A stretch of DNA of 59,316 nucleotides, filler included, from Sphacelaria rigidula (GCA_964200075.2; 8 parts of 8 records of this genome joined end to end with filler, not necessarily neighbours in it), one strand, 5' to 3'. Positions 37,138-50,309 are shown, counted from the whole stretch's first letter. Notes: generated by a model not told the origin, from the sequence alone. Translations and numbers: made by a program.

Positions 37138-38023
37138 TGTGGTAGGCTGTGTGGTAAGCCTTTGCATGTGCCCCTGTCAACCGGACACGTGTGTTCCCCT
37201 TCGAGGTGTCTGGAGAGGGGATTTCTGTACACGTTGAGGGGATTTTATTTTTTGGGGGGGGGGAGGGTGGTATCGCAGCGACCACTCACTGGTCGTCTTT
37301 TGAAAAGGGGACTATCCCCTTCGTTAAGAAGGGCCCTTAGGGTTAGGGTTTTAGGGTTTGCGTGATTTCGAAATAAAATGTTTTCGAGAAATTTCTTCAT
37401 CGACCAAGTGGTGAACATATCTCACCTACAAAGCCGGGACGGAACACGTCGTGGGGGGGGGGGGGGGGGGAGAAGGCGAAAAAGCAGGAGAGGGGAGGAA
37501 AGAATATATATATATATATATAGAAAAAAAAGTATGGACATACGATGAAACGTGACACACGAGCAGAAGCAAGGCAAAAGCAAGGCAAAAGCAAGGCAAG
37601 TCCGGGCAGGGCAGGGCAGGGCAAAATAAAAAAATAAAAGGATCGAACGGACGAAGTAAAAGTAAATCAAGTGACGAAGACGAGAAACCACAACACTTCA
37701 GAATCATGCAAAAGAAAAATACACCGAAGAAGCAAGTGAGACAGCCAGTAAGAACGCGTCTCCATTGAGGTAGTGACTACAAAGGAAGCGTACGTACTGT
37801 ACATCAAATAACAAACACGACACACGAAAAAAAAAAATGAGATCCTTGCAAAACGAAAATAAATGTGAACGAGCAAATAATGAAGTGAATCAAGCAGACA
37901 AAATTAAAAAACAATCTTGAACAATGAAAAAGACACAAACGGATGACGTATGATCACATGCAGCCAACAACAACAACAACAGCAGCAGCAGCAGTAGCTG
38001 CAGCGGCATTGCAAGCATCTTAC

Positions 38024-38226
38024 ATGGCAGGGCCGGCAAGGGCCTCGTTCATGCCGAGATCGCACTGCCAGTCCAAGGTGGCCTCATTCACAGCGTAGAT
38101 CGCTCCGCCATCCACTCCGGTGTGCCACTCGATGGAGGCATTCTCGCACGACGTATGCCCAGCGCCTTCCTTATACAGGAACCCCCCGAAATCCGCTCTG
38201 TTGTTCTTGAACGTTCCACCGATTAT
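38024..38226 (-). CDS. Pmp-like/right-handed beta-helix (GGA-repeat) protein, exon
   Basis: IIGGTFKNNRADFGGFLY...DGGAIYAVNEATLDWQCD; AG/GTAAGA bounded; in phase with the upstream exons; absent from the ORF track. Confidence 0.85.
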
Positions 38227-39867
38227 CTATGCACGGACATCCCACGATACCGAGAGGCGAAAAAAAAGCACTTGTTTTTCTTGTTTTGTTTTTTTTACGT
38301 TGTGTTCTTTTCTCTTTCATCGTTCTAACCCCATCCCTTCCTTGGGACGACTCTTATTCAGTTCCGAGAGACATGCGGTCATCTCTCTCCCGGGCTCTCT
38401 CTCCTGGGCAAAACATCACCATCATGATCATCATCATCTAGCTACTATCATCACCATCATCACCATCTAATTACTACTATCATCATCATCGTCATAGTAA
38501 AAATTGTAATGATCATTACCAATTCTGCTACAACTACTAGGCACCGAGTTCATAGATACGGGTCGCTATAAAATAATTAAACTGAAATCATCGATTTTTT
38601 CGTTGTTTTCCATGATTCTTGTCGGGATTATCGCTGGAAACGTGCGTTACTCGAACCGTATTTGCCACAGAGAGGTCAACAAGATTGCACTGTTCGGTTA
38701 TTTGCTGTCCGGGCCTGTTCTGGACTTCAATTCCCTCCGTTGGCTTGCTATAGCCCAGGACAGCAGAAGGAGGAGAGCTGGGAGGAAAAAAAAAAGTGCA
38801 GTCAGCATCGATAATATTTTGATACACACCAAGATGGCACCAAGTCGAAGCAAGCGAAGCGTGCACCTTCGAAAGGAAGCGACATTCTAGCACACAGAAT
38901 CGTATACACTAGAGAGATACAGTATTGCATTGGCTGTCTGATGTCCTGTGTGTAGAGTGCTTGGTTGTCTCCAGCGTCGTACCGCAACAAATTTCTGTCG
39001 CGATACCGACTGTATCTGTATCACAAGAAGATCCGCCAGTGCTGGCCAGCCAGTTGGCACCGTGCTTGATTGTCATGCATGTCTATACGGCATCGATCAA
39101 CGCAAGTCATCCAGAACAACAGCACGACAGCCTACAAAAGGGGGGCAGCAGCATTGTCTTGTTCTCGGTTGATGTTCCGTCCGATCAACATGAAACACCA
39201 CACAACGACGACGACGATGGAGTCATCTTGAATCATGCGCCGTATCCAAGGCCGTGCAGATGCAGCCTGCAACCCAAGCGCAAATGGTGACTGCAACACC
39301 AACCCAGGCCACGCGGGCATGGCGACGCTTATAGCGAACGTTGGGTACCCTACCCAGTAAACCAATAAACAGAGCGCCGCTTGTGAGACTGTCTTCGTCT
39401 TGGATATCATCCTGCCTCCGCACGGTGCTGCACCGCGGCTGCGGGCACCAGAAGACCGGCAAAACCATGTGTGACGGAACCTATACTAAAATCAAGTTTG
39501 TACTGTGAAATGTACCATGAAACCTAGAGGGACAGGACAAATACTAAAATGAAATTACTTGAAATTAGTGTTGGTGTGTACTATGAAAATAAACCCGTAC
39601 CTATGGACCCGCCGCCGTTTCGCTACCCAATACTATTACTACTACTACTGTTCATAATTTCCGCACATTAGCCCGATCTCTCGGACCCGTGCTCACAGAC
39701 GTGGACTCGTTTTTACCGCCGCGAACACTTTGGCACTACAGTACCATAATCGCGGACTGGATCACCACACCCAAACTGCATCGACTTCCGTCAATATATC
39801 CTTTGCTATCAACGCCTTCATGTCTTCAACGACGGAAACAATAATAACAATATTCATGCGGATATTT

Positions 39868-40298
39868 CCAACCCCTGGACAATAGAAAACACTGTGAAAA
39901 GATGTGCTGTGTACAGTATTGACTATTGCGCCTACTGCAGCAGACAATATATTCCATACTGTACGCAGTACATTTTTACAATAGAATATATTGTCATTAT
40001 CCAGGGTGTGGATGTTTCACACCCTGGATAATGACAATATAGGGTCAAGAGGTACAAAATACAAAAACAATTTGTACTGGGTAAAGTGTAGGCCTATCGA
40101 AAGATTGTCGGCCGACACTACTTGCAGTAGGGCTACTATACTTTACGCAGTGCATCTTTAGGGCTAATAAAATATCCTTAGTAGTAAACTCTCTTTGTTT
40201 AATAAATGCAATATACATGGCATCTAAAATTGATTGCTCAATTTCCGCACCAGAGATTTGTCTATTGCAACTATTAATCATACGTTGTCAAAGGTGTA
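39868..40298. mobile_element. Two adjacent copies of the 183-bp hAT-type MITE family
   Basis: Junction CCAGGGTGTG-GATGTTT-CACACCCTGG; homologous to 29141-29323. Confidence 0.7.
40156..40254 (-). pseudogene. ycf46: Plastid-derived fragment (NUPT) of ycf46
   Basis: About 31% GC; translates as SGAEIEQSILDAMYIAFIKQREFTTKDILLALK, matching my recall of the C-terminal AAA lid of plastid Ycf46. Confidence 0.8.
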
Positions 40299-40884
40299 GA
40301 GCGTTCAGGGTAGAAATCGTATCTTCATATCGGGACTCGAACCTGTAGCGCAGCACCCCTATTATGAGTACTACTACTATTGCAAGTATATTACCATATA
40401 CCATTATTGTTTTTGTTTGTAATTATTGTTGCCATCATTGTTATTGTTATCGCTATCGTCATTACCATCATGAGCATTCTGATATCATTATCTGTCATTA
40501 TTGTTGCTATTCATATTTTTGATGTTATTGTTACTGTTATTTTTATCGTTATTATCATCAGTTTCGTCACATTAGATCGATATCTCGAACCCATGGCCCT
40601 AACTTAAAAATATGTACCAATCAGCTAGACCATCAGGGCACGACAGCGGCCAGCGCCTGAACATTTGACAGCCAAATATGGCGGAAATGTGTCTTGCAAT
40701 GAAAATTCATGGACTACGCACGTTTATATATTGAACAAGAAAACTACTACTCCTACGAAATGCTTGTTTTTTCCTTTCTCAATGGCCCTTATTATCCCGA
40801 AGCTCCTCCAAGTTCTTCACGGGAGACTCTGTATGAAAAAGTACGAGCACCGACGAACGACCCGTGAACGCTTTCCACACTCAC

Positions 40885-41025
40885 CGAAAAATTGGCATCA
40901 GTGTTGACCGCGAACACACCTCCTGCGTTTTCGGCAACGTTTTGGCTGAAATTTCCGGCTTGTATTTTCAGAGCAGCATCTCCGTCGACAAACCCCACAC
41001 CACCATCTTCCCCAGCGAGATTGCC
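40885..41025 (-). CDS. Pmp-like protein, exon
   Basis: GNLAGEDGGVGFV...FSQNVAENAGGVF; 141 bp, phase 0, AG/GTGAG. Confidence 0.85.
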
Positions 41026-41112
41026 CTGTGTTGTCGGTTGTGGCAAAATATGCAAAAACAGACGCACATGGACGCACAGACACACAGACACACGGGGAAG
41101 GAGATGGGGAGG

Positions 41113-41680
41113 GGGGTGTAACCGTGACGCCGTAGCCATTAGACCATTGACCTCGCGTCCCTACAAAGCTGCACACGTCGGACAGCTCATGGGCTACGTG
41201 GATATTACTTCTTTTTAGAGTACTGATCCGGATCATGAGCTACCTCGTTCGGCCACTATTTCCGTATTAGCTCCCGACAGCGATGAACGCCGAGCACGCC
41301 GTGTAGCGGAAAGGTAACCCTTTGGCTTTTCGGACGCTGCTGTCACGTGTTTTGGGTTTTCGTACAACGGATTTGAGAGTTTTCTCCACTAGTTATTTCA
41401 AGTAGCTCATGAGCTGTCCGACTTGTGGAAAGCTGGGGCAGAGCACGCCGAATTTTCACCGGACCAGGCTCGTAATCAATCACTAAGAGCAAAGCGCCCT
41501 GATGTCTTCGGCGAGTCGCATGAAGGGGTGAGCTGCATCCTGCCAAGATTATTCGACCCAAAACGTCCTGATTGATTATCTTGCACTTGGAGAATAGCCC
41601 GCAAAGAGGTGCTTTATTTTCAGATATCGCCACGTCCAGGGACAGTCACTGGTTCCACACTACCTCATGGGTGTCTCACC
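41113..41680. repeat. Diverged family B copy (reverse orientation) interrupted by a hAT MITE
   Basis: GACCATTGACCTCGC...CCTCATGGGTGTCTCACC. Confidence 0.75.
41172..41427. mobile_element. hAT-type MITE (256 bp)
   Basis: TIR CACACGTCGGACAGCTCATG...CATGAGCTGTCCGACTTGTG; 8-bp TSD CAAAGCTG/GAAAGCTG (one mismatch). Confidence 0.85.
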
Positions 41681-43876
41681 AGAATTTTTCGGTTATCGAA
41701 ATCCAAATTTGTAGGGCGTGTAGCAGTCGCCAATAGCTACCAGCAGGTGAAGGAATGGAACCATATTTCGAAGGTTTGGTGTGGATACGAAGATTTGAAT
41801 TCTCTGGGTTCTCATCCTCGATGAAAAGCTTCATCCTCAATTTCGGTGACGGGCTGTTCTTTGCGCGGGAATGAGGTTCTCCTACCCCGCTTGATAAGAT
41901 CTAGCTCGGCCACCACCGTGGTTACCGCAAATAAAACGCGAGCGCACAAAACAACACGGTAAACTGGTTGCGTCTCTGACGCATTGAATGGCGTGTTTCA
42001 CAGTTATGGGGGTGAATGAAGGCCTTACCGACCAAAAATCCGTTTCCCTCAACAATAAAAAAATGAATGCAGAGGGATATTCAAGACGTATCGAAGACGT
42101 CATGGACTGTTTGGACCTGTTTGGACCTGTGCCGAGCACAACACACGCTCCATCCCAAAGTTACCTAGGTTTAGTATGCAACAGATGTGAGGTTTTCATC
42201 GCAATAAGCTCGAGACAGGAAGCTCAGCAGCCTCTGGAACTTCACAGCCCCCCGCACACACACTAGACCTACTCAGCGCCGTAAGCGGATTTGCTCAATT
42301 CGCCACAGTGGGTCCGAAAAGCCTCCGAACGTTGCAGGAAACGCGTTTTCAGTACATTTCGCCTTTGGTGCTGCGGTTTGCGAACTACTGGGGCCTTCGC
42401 GGCACGCGTTACGGAAACCTACTGCCATGCTGAATAGTTCTGGTGTGTGGGAAGAGCATGCATCAAACCGCAGTCCAATCCTCTGCTTCGTTGCCGAGGA
42501 AATAGAGCTGAACGAAAAGCACAACAACAACACGAGCAGCAGCTTCTATCCTCCTGTTGTTGTAACCCTGTGTACAAGTGTACAGCAACGTCAGTCACAG
42601 GTGTGTTGTAGAATGTACTATAGCAATAGTACATTTTGTATATGCGCCGTCGTCATTTCGAGTGACGCGTATACTTGTGATTGATACTGATTGGCTCATT
42701 TAGGTTTCATTCCTCCTGCGTTCAACTGACTGTGGAGTTAGTCGGTCCATTTTCCAGGTATATAGTGCCCGAAATCGGGCCCCAATCACCCTCATAACAG
42801 TGTCACTGCCAATCGATGCCGACCCCATAGAGGGAGTCCGGGGGAGGGGGGGGGACAACTCTTTGACCGCCAGGGTGGGCCATCTGCTGAATCGGCTTAC
42901 AACAGTTCCCTTGAAAAATGAACGTAGGATCCGGATGAGCCACCTTTGCACTTAACGGGGATGAGACATGATTAACTCGAGAAACATCCATCATACATCC
43001 GAACTCTCTCCTTTATCCTCACGACTTCCTACAGACAGTCCCCGGAGATTCGATCAAACCATGTCTCCCGCGGTACAGTGAGCACAACAGACCGATTTTT
43101 TGTACCAGAGGATAAAATCAGCACTACCGCACCCCGTCAACTCCCGCCGGCCAAACATGGTTTTTCTCCTCTCGTCCTCGACCGTCTAACAACGGAATAT
43201 CAGATTACTCTCGAAAACAGAAGAAAAACAAACACGCACACACAACACCGACCGAAAACAATTATTTGAACAGAGAAGTAGTACAGAAATGAAACGCGTT
43301 TTTCTTACCCTTGCTCACGAAGTGAACATTATGCTGTGAAGAATACGTTTCGTCCGCGGTCACTTTTATTCCCCGCATCTTCTCTGTATCCTTCCACAAA
43401 TTTCCCTCGACGAATATTTCTGTTCCGCTAACCTGAGGGGACATACTCGTTGATTTTGTGAACGCGGCTGGGTCCCTCGCGGATCAAGCAAATACGCGAC
43501 AATGGATGATGAACCAACCAAAGTCAGAAATCAAAATGAATTAACTGTACCGAAAACAAATAACGGCCGGTACTCCCGTTTTCAGCTTTTTCTGTTGGCA
43601 AATGAATTTAGTATTGTATTGAAAAATATCTACAACTGCGGTACTGCGTCGTACGGCAATCGGGTTACAACATGACAGCTTCTACTCTTCCTTGAAGATG
43701 AACAAGTGATTTCAACTGTTTCTCGACACCATGTTGGTATCTACAACATTCCATCGGGGTACGTTGTTCATCACCCGCCCCCTCCCCATGAAACACTCGT
43801 GAGTGATTTCGTTCTGTTTTGTCGTTGTTGAATACGCCATACAGTCGGGCGAACAACAAAACGAAAGTATACTCAC

Positions 43877-44014
43877 CACGTACTGTCCTCCGGCCACAAT
43901 TGCATTTCCTCCCTCTGAGACGACGATAACCCCCGCTCGGTCCTCTGCGACGTTATCCGTGTAGGTTCCTCCCTGAATGACAAGACTGCCCTTGGTCCAG
44001 AACACGCCGCCATG
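43877..44014 (-). CDS. Pmp-like protein, exon
   Basis: HGGVFWTKGSLVIQGGTYTDNVAEDRAGVI...; 138 bp, phase 0, AG/GTGAGT. Confidence 0.85.
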
Positions 44015-44464
44015 CTGCAGGAGACGTACCGAAACACAAATCAAGAACGAACGAACAAACAAGAACAAAAAGAAATAATAATAATGAGAAACAAAGAAGA
44101 AACAAAACATTAACAAAATCAAAACCCCCAGAGGACAAAACAAGAAACAAAAGACGACAAACCAAAAACCAACAACAAAACAAAACAAATCAAACTGATT
44201 CTTGTTGAACCGTTCTGCAAGAGCAAAGTACATTACCTCCTATCGGCACTTTGTCGCGGATTGGATCATGACTATCACCACTCCCGCACCGGGTCGACTA
44301 TCGACAAATAATGTTTCATCATTACTTGTTTCAACGACGGAAAGCAGACATTTCTCACGGGGTGGGGGGGGGGGGGGGGGGGGGAAAAAAAAACCAAACA
44401 TTTCGGATCATCCCCCCTCCTTGTTGTGTTTGAATTTTTTTGGGGGGGGGGCCCAAAAAAAAAA

Positions 44465-44564
44465 NNNNNNNNNNNNNNNNNNNNNNNNNNNNNNNNNNNN
44501 NNNNNNNNTTAATTAATTAANNNNNNNNNNNNNNNNNNNNNNNNNNNNNNNNNNNNNNNNNNNN
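44465..44564. other. Artificial contig-joining spacer
   Basis: 44N-TTAATTAATTAA-44N. Confidence 0.98.
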
Positions 44565-44962
44565 GGGGGGGGGGTAAAGGGCAAAACGCCAAGGGAAACC
44601 AAAAAAGGAGTCCCCCCCCCCCCCCCCCCGGCGAGGTCAATGGTCTGATGACTATGGCATGTATGATCATGAGTACACCCCCCCGTCAGGAGAAGGTTAG
44701 GTACGGGGGTCGTGGAACGAAACAGTCTTTCTAATCAAATTACAGTCTCGTGGGTAATAGGGTTGGTGCAGTTACGGCAAAGTTTGAGCGAGAAATGTGA
44801 CAAGCGCGTGAGTAGAAAAGTCAGAATGTTGTGCACCGAACTACGGAGCTATCCTCGCCCTGTACGGATAATGAGAATTTGTCGAGTATTTATGTAGGTG
44901 CGCCGTTTTTGGGCGGTGTTTGCCGTACATGATTAGCCACGCAGCCTTTTCATTCAGAGGTT

Positions 44963-45100
44963 GTGTACAGGTGACTGGCGCACAAGTTTTTCAAATCCGT
45001 AGTCGTGTACAGGTGACTGGCGCACAAGTTTTTCAAATCCATAGTCGTGTACAGGTGACTCGTCTCACAAGTTTTCCATTCGGTAGTCGTCTGCAGGCAC
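44963..45100. repeat. 42-bp tandem repeat, about 3 copies
   Basis: GTGTACAGGTGACTGGCGCACAAGTTTTTCAAATCC(G/A)TAGTC. Confidence 0.85.
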
Positions 45101-45150
45101 TGTTCGCACAAGGATTTTCGTGCAGTATCATAGTCGTCTCTGGGACACTA

Positions 45151-47564
45151 CGAGCTGGGCCAGCCGAGAAGCGAATTTGTAGTTTGCAGGCCCATTGTAC
45201 GGCCAACATTGAGAGTTGGACCCTGAAATTTGGTGTGGACAATGAAGAGGGCATAATGAAAACAAATATCAGTGCACACAACGTTTTTTTCTTGCTGAGT
45301 TAGAGGCATTCTACTGATACCTGAAAATTGATTATTGCCCTCAAGTCATGAAAAACAAAGACTTGTGTGCACTGGTATTTGTTTTCATTATGCCCTATTC
45401 ATTGTCCATACCAAATTTCAGGGTCCAACTCTAAATATTGGCCGTACAGTGGGCCGTTTAGTGATGGGGTCAGAAGAAATTCGAAACAGTATTTTGCAGG
45501 CCACTTACCGGCCCACGTTTGGTATTTGTGTATTGAAGCTTTTTGTGGGCCGTGGCTAGGTCATAATTGAAAAAACAAAGTGAGTCAGTTTTTTTTTTTT
45601 CTTTCACTGGTTTAGGGCGTTTTAGTATGGAAACCATCATTTTTTCACGAGAACTCCCCAACCTCTCCCCTTCCCCCCCAAAATGAGGGCTCATTTTTTT
45701 TTTGTATTTGAGCATACCTCTGTGGTTCTTTATGCTGAGTTTCAAATCACATTTCTCAAGATTGAGCTCAAAAATTGAGATAAGGCCCGGAAGCAGTTTT
45801 CATTTATCCTCAACACTGCCCCAAAAAGCCGAAAAAAAATGACCCCCCTCCCCGAAAAATTGAGAAAGCTGTGTTTTCAAGCTTTATAATACACTTGTGC
45901 TTGTCCAGGCGAATTTTCATAGCATAACTCTCAAGAACTGAGACGCGATATCCAGGTCTAGTTCATGTATCAGTGTTGCGCCAAAAAAAAACTCCATCAA
46001 ATGTACGCCGATTTTCGCATACAAGAATCATTGTATAAATTGCCAGCTTGGATCATCCGCAGAGTAGGTGTAGTTCACACGAGCGAGGTGCCCCAGACGG
46101 ACGATCTACAGCCCAACACACAGCATATCTGAAAAGCTATGTTCAAGGCTGGATCGTTGGCACAAGTTGCAGGCCGAGAACGTGATCATATCCCGCGTTC
46201 GGTCGTGTGCATGTTGTTGCTCGGTACGGGTGCCTTGCGGGCCCCATTGTACGACGATGGGTGGCGACCACGCTTGGTGTTCCAGCGCACCACCGCGCCC
46301 AGGGCGTAGTATATGGAGTGTACAATCCACTCGAAAGAGAAGCATCTCATTTGCTTTTGTCGTACTGGAGAACGGCACAATCGTTTGCATGTATGTCTGG
46401 CGGCGCAGCAGATGGATTTGAAATTTGAAAACTCCATCATGACCGCTATATAAAGTGCAGTATAATACGCTGATGCAATGTACGGTCTACAGACAGTATA
46501 CCCGTACCGTAATACTACGTAACCGCATATGATATGGGGCGTAATCAGAGCGTAACGCATCTCATGTTTATTTGAGTACTTTCCTACGGTAAACCACCAT
46601 TTTTCAGTGCAACTTGAGTTGTGGATTTCTCGCCTGTGACTGCGTGTTCCATCATGAAACTTTGCACACTAGTTGGGCATAACATAGGCAGCATATGCCC
46701 AAAGCACCCGCGCGATTAGGCCGGGGAACACCGTACAACATGGCCCCAACCGATTGTGGGGAATGCCGTCCATGCGCTCTCATATTGGCCATGCAGCTGC
46801 CCAGACTTTGCGCACTACAGGTGAATGCATGTGAGCACGCGCAGATGCACAACCTTGGACATTTAGCGCGGCTTGGCGGCCGATGTGGTAAAAAACTGAC
46901 CACGGTCTGTACTACGGCTCACTTTAGATCATGACCATCTGCAATGTACCGATCGGCACACAGTCTGTAGAGCTGCGCAGTTCATGACGCACGACCCTAC
47001 GCGCGCTGTGGCCGCTACGAGGCGCTGGAACTTTGCTAATATGTTATGCGAACCACAGTCAACAGTTCCACGTCTCTATATCTGATATTGTGTGCTGCAG
47101 GAGTGCGCACTAATGGGGAAAGAGGTCATATTCTGTTCCGAAAAAACGTTTTTTTTTCTTTTGGCGCAACACTGCTAGTGCATCTGCTCGTAATATACTG
47201 ATTCAAGTATGGAAACTTATGTGCGCCGTATTTCGAGATAAATTGCGAATTAGGTGAAGGTGAGCGTATCTACCGCCTCCCCATGCTCCAGGGAATGTCC
47301 ACACCAAACTTCGTCGTCATTCGCTCAATGCATCGATCGGGTTTTTTATAAATATTTTAGTATGGAAGGCTATCTCCGTCACGTATAGGAATTACTAGAC
47401 AAGGGTTTGATCAACGAGAACATATGGGCCCCAACTTTTGAGCAGATGGGCACCTTTCTCTTGGTTAGACAATTAATACAACATGCGGATCATGGCCCAA
47501 CTCGTCCGTGTCGACAAGATATCGCTTTGAGAGCTTAAATCCGTGTCTAGGCTGGCCCAGCTCG
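45151..47564. mobile_element. 2.4-kb TA-flanked TIR transposon (Tc1/mariner-type termini), no intact transposase recognised
   Basis: Perfect 15-bp TIR CGAGCTGGGCCAGCC; TA on both sides; subterminal inverted repeat at about 45220-45425. Confidence 0.85.
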
Positions 47565-48852
47565 TAGTCGTATAGGTTTTTCATTTAGCAGTCGTCTACA
47601 GGCGACCAGTTGACTAGCTTTTTCCTTTGCTCATGAGTGTTATAGTTGCACATCTTGTTTTGCACAATAATAGTTCGCAGACAACTCGTTACAGAAAACC
47701 TTCACTTGATACACCATTTGCACACAACCGGTCACCAATCGTAATTGCACAGGGTGTGGGACAATCTCTGTTGTTGTCAGTCACCGAGGTACCTGAAAAT
47801 GCTTCTCTTCCCCGTGCCCCCACTCCCTAATCGAAGTCTCCCACCTCGTACATCACAAGGAATCAACCGAGATGTGGGTTGATCCAGGTGCCTTGATGAT
47901 GCTACAGTATTTGGATTATTTTGCCCAAATACTTTGAAACTGTCCACCGACGGGCAAGACAGCGTATCGCAATGTTATTGCAGTGCAGCACAGGATAGTG
48001 CGGACCGCAAAACCGATCATCACGTGACAACTGTGCAATACAGCTGAAAGTCGACAACCATTTCTCTCTCTCTTGCAGATGAGGGCGACTGCCGAAATGG
48101 TGTCCCGTCATACTTGTCCAATGACTTGAGTACAGCGCGGTACGGTACAACCAGACTTTAAACGGAGACACTGCAGCAGGAAAACCGCTTTGTTGAACGT
48201 ACACAGCCTTCCCCTGAAATCCACACGTAGTAAGTGCACAGTACTGGCGCAACACATCGCCTCAGATCGGCATGTCGCTAGAGCACAATGGAGGACAGTA
48301 GTGCTCCGAACCGCACGATGTAGCACAGGTAGCACTGGGCCTTACAGCAGGTCCAACATGCAGCAAAGTGAACCAGCATGTTTTTGTCGCTATTCCAAGG
48401 ACACGTGAGTCACCTGATTCCATGTAACATCAAGCCACCACGACCACCATTGCACGGTGCACTCGAAGTGAATGAGGGTGATATCACGAAAGCCTGCGAC
48501 GCCAGCGGGGCTGTTGTTGCCATCCTAACCGCCACGGCAGCCAACATGACTGTCGTTACGGTTGCCCCAGCTGTCCTTCTGGCGGCGTGATTACCAGCTC
48601 CAATCATGTTCATTATTGTTAAGCTGCCTTCGCTGCCTATACCCACTGTACGACGATTTTCTCACGTCTTTGGGTAACTAGCTTTGGATAACTCCCGCAT
48701 TCACTCCCTCTGCCGTCGACACTCTCCCCGGTGCTCTTTGCCAAATACTGTGCGTGTTGATTAAAACTGTACATGACAACAGCACAACCAGCCCGCGGTT
48801 TTGGAGTATGACACATGTTTCGCCTCACCTATGGTCATGTTCTCGGATCTAC

Positions 48853-48920
48853 CACTACTGCTGCTACTCTCACTACTGCTACTCTCACTACTGCTACTAC
48901 TACTACTGCTACTGCTACTA

Positions 48921-48999
<79 letters not shown>

Positions 49000-49010
49000 A
49001 ACCACTACTA
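48853..49010. repeat. Compound CTA/CTG trinucleotide microsatellite
   Basis: Seen directly. Confidence 0.95.
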
Positions 49011-49039
49011 ATGTACCATCAAAATTGTCACTGTGTTAT

Positions 49040-49226
49040 CGTCGTCGTGTGTGTGTGTTGTCGTCCCATTTATTCTGGTCGAATTTTGTGTACCCACGAC
49101 ATAATAATCGCTCTCCACTGTTGGACATGGTGTAAGAAAAAATCCTAGATCGCTCCGGGAATCGAACCCCACAACTCTACCATCAGGAGGTTACGAGGTT
49201 ACCAACTGAGCCACCGGGGCGACCGG
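49040..49226 (-). mobile_element. Internally deleted SINE copy
   Basis: Intact head (A box TGGCTCAGTTGG, B box GGTTCGATTC) and tail; middle of the body missing. Confidence 0.8.
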
Positions 49227-50309
49227 ATCGCCCTGGACACTACCATATATTATTTCCGCACACATTACGAGGACCCCGATCTCTAAAACCCGTGGCCACA
49301 GACGTTGGCTTGTCTTTCCTGTATATCGTCACTGCTATCCCTTACGCGGTTCTCCTCTGTGAGGCGATACTTTTTCGCATCCCGCAGGAAATCGCAGCAG
49401 CAGTGGCCAACACCGCTACACGTATTATTCCGGAAACTGCGGGAGATATGTGAGAACTGCCATGATGGAATTGACCGGTATCCTCTTCTGCGAATATGCA
49501 TACTCTAGCGGCCATCAATCGGGTACATGTATACGAGTATGCGTCTGGGATGTTGGAGTGTCGTCTGGGATGTGAGGTACGTTTTCGTTCGCCACATAGA
49601 GCCGCCGTCACAACACCCTAGCTAGAATTATTTCCTTGTGGTACTTTGTCCACGAGATTTTTGACCCGCCACAAATCCGCACCAGTTTGTGATTTCGAGT
49701 AGCTCGCGGTGAGAATTTGTCTCATCGTGGCGCATACTATCCTCCTTCGTCTTGAAGTTACAATATACACATCTCTTCGTCTCGGTCGAACAGTTTTGAT
49801 ACATCTACATGCAAGCACGCATACTGACTTCACCCTGACATATGGACGGCGACCTCAGCGCGACGTGAACAATATAGCCACGAGAGAGAATACCACATCG
49901 TTTTTTGTCCAATTCTCGCCATATCTTTATACACGGACGGGTGTAGAGGGGCATTCGGCACCATGTTGTGCACCTCTCTGCATCGTGGACGCTTTTCAAT
50001 CAACACGTGTACAGAACCGCAGGGCAGCGAATCAAGAGTACTGTACCCCTCTCGGTGTGACAACAATGAATGATACATATTATTTTTGTTCTGGTTCGTA
50101 TTTTTTTATTTCCACATACGGGATCCCAGGTGGACATCTAACCACAAGGCTGCATATCATAGAGAGGGTGTGCAGACGGTCGCCACAGGGGGTTCTGGAC
50201 CTTGTGGAGGGTGTGTAGAGGGTCGCCGCCGGTGGTTCTGAACCTTCAGAGGGTCGCCAGAGGGTCTCTCACTGCGGAGGGTGTTCCGAGGGTATATTCT
50301 ACTCCATTT

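Noticed and set aside
42820..43050. Possible HDV-like ribozyme at a LINE 5' end (TCATCCCCGT loop-like motif on the minus strand)
   Set aside because: P1, P2 and P3 pairings cannot be formed in this copy; a family consensus would be needed
44963..45100. CRISPR-like array
   Set aside because: Contiguous tandem units with no unique spacers, in a eukaryotic TE context
48754..49148. Poly-Tyr/Cys, poly-Leu and poly-Thr/Ala ORFs
   Set aside because: Translations of a CTA/CTG microsatellite
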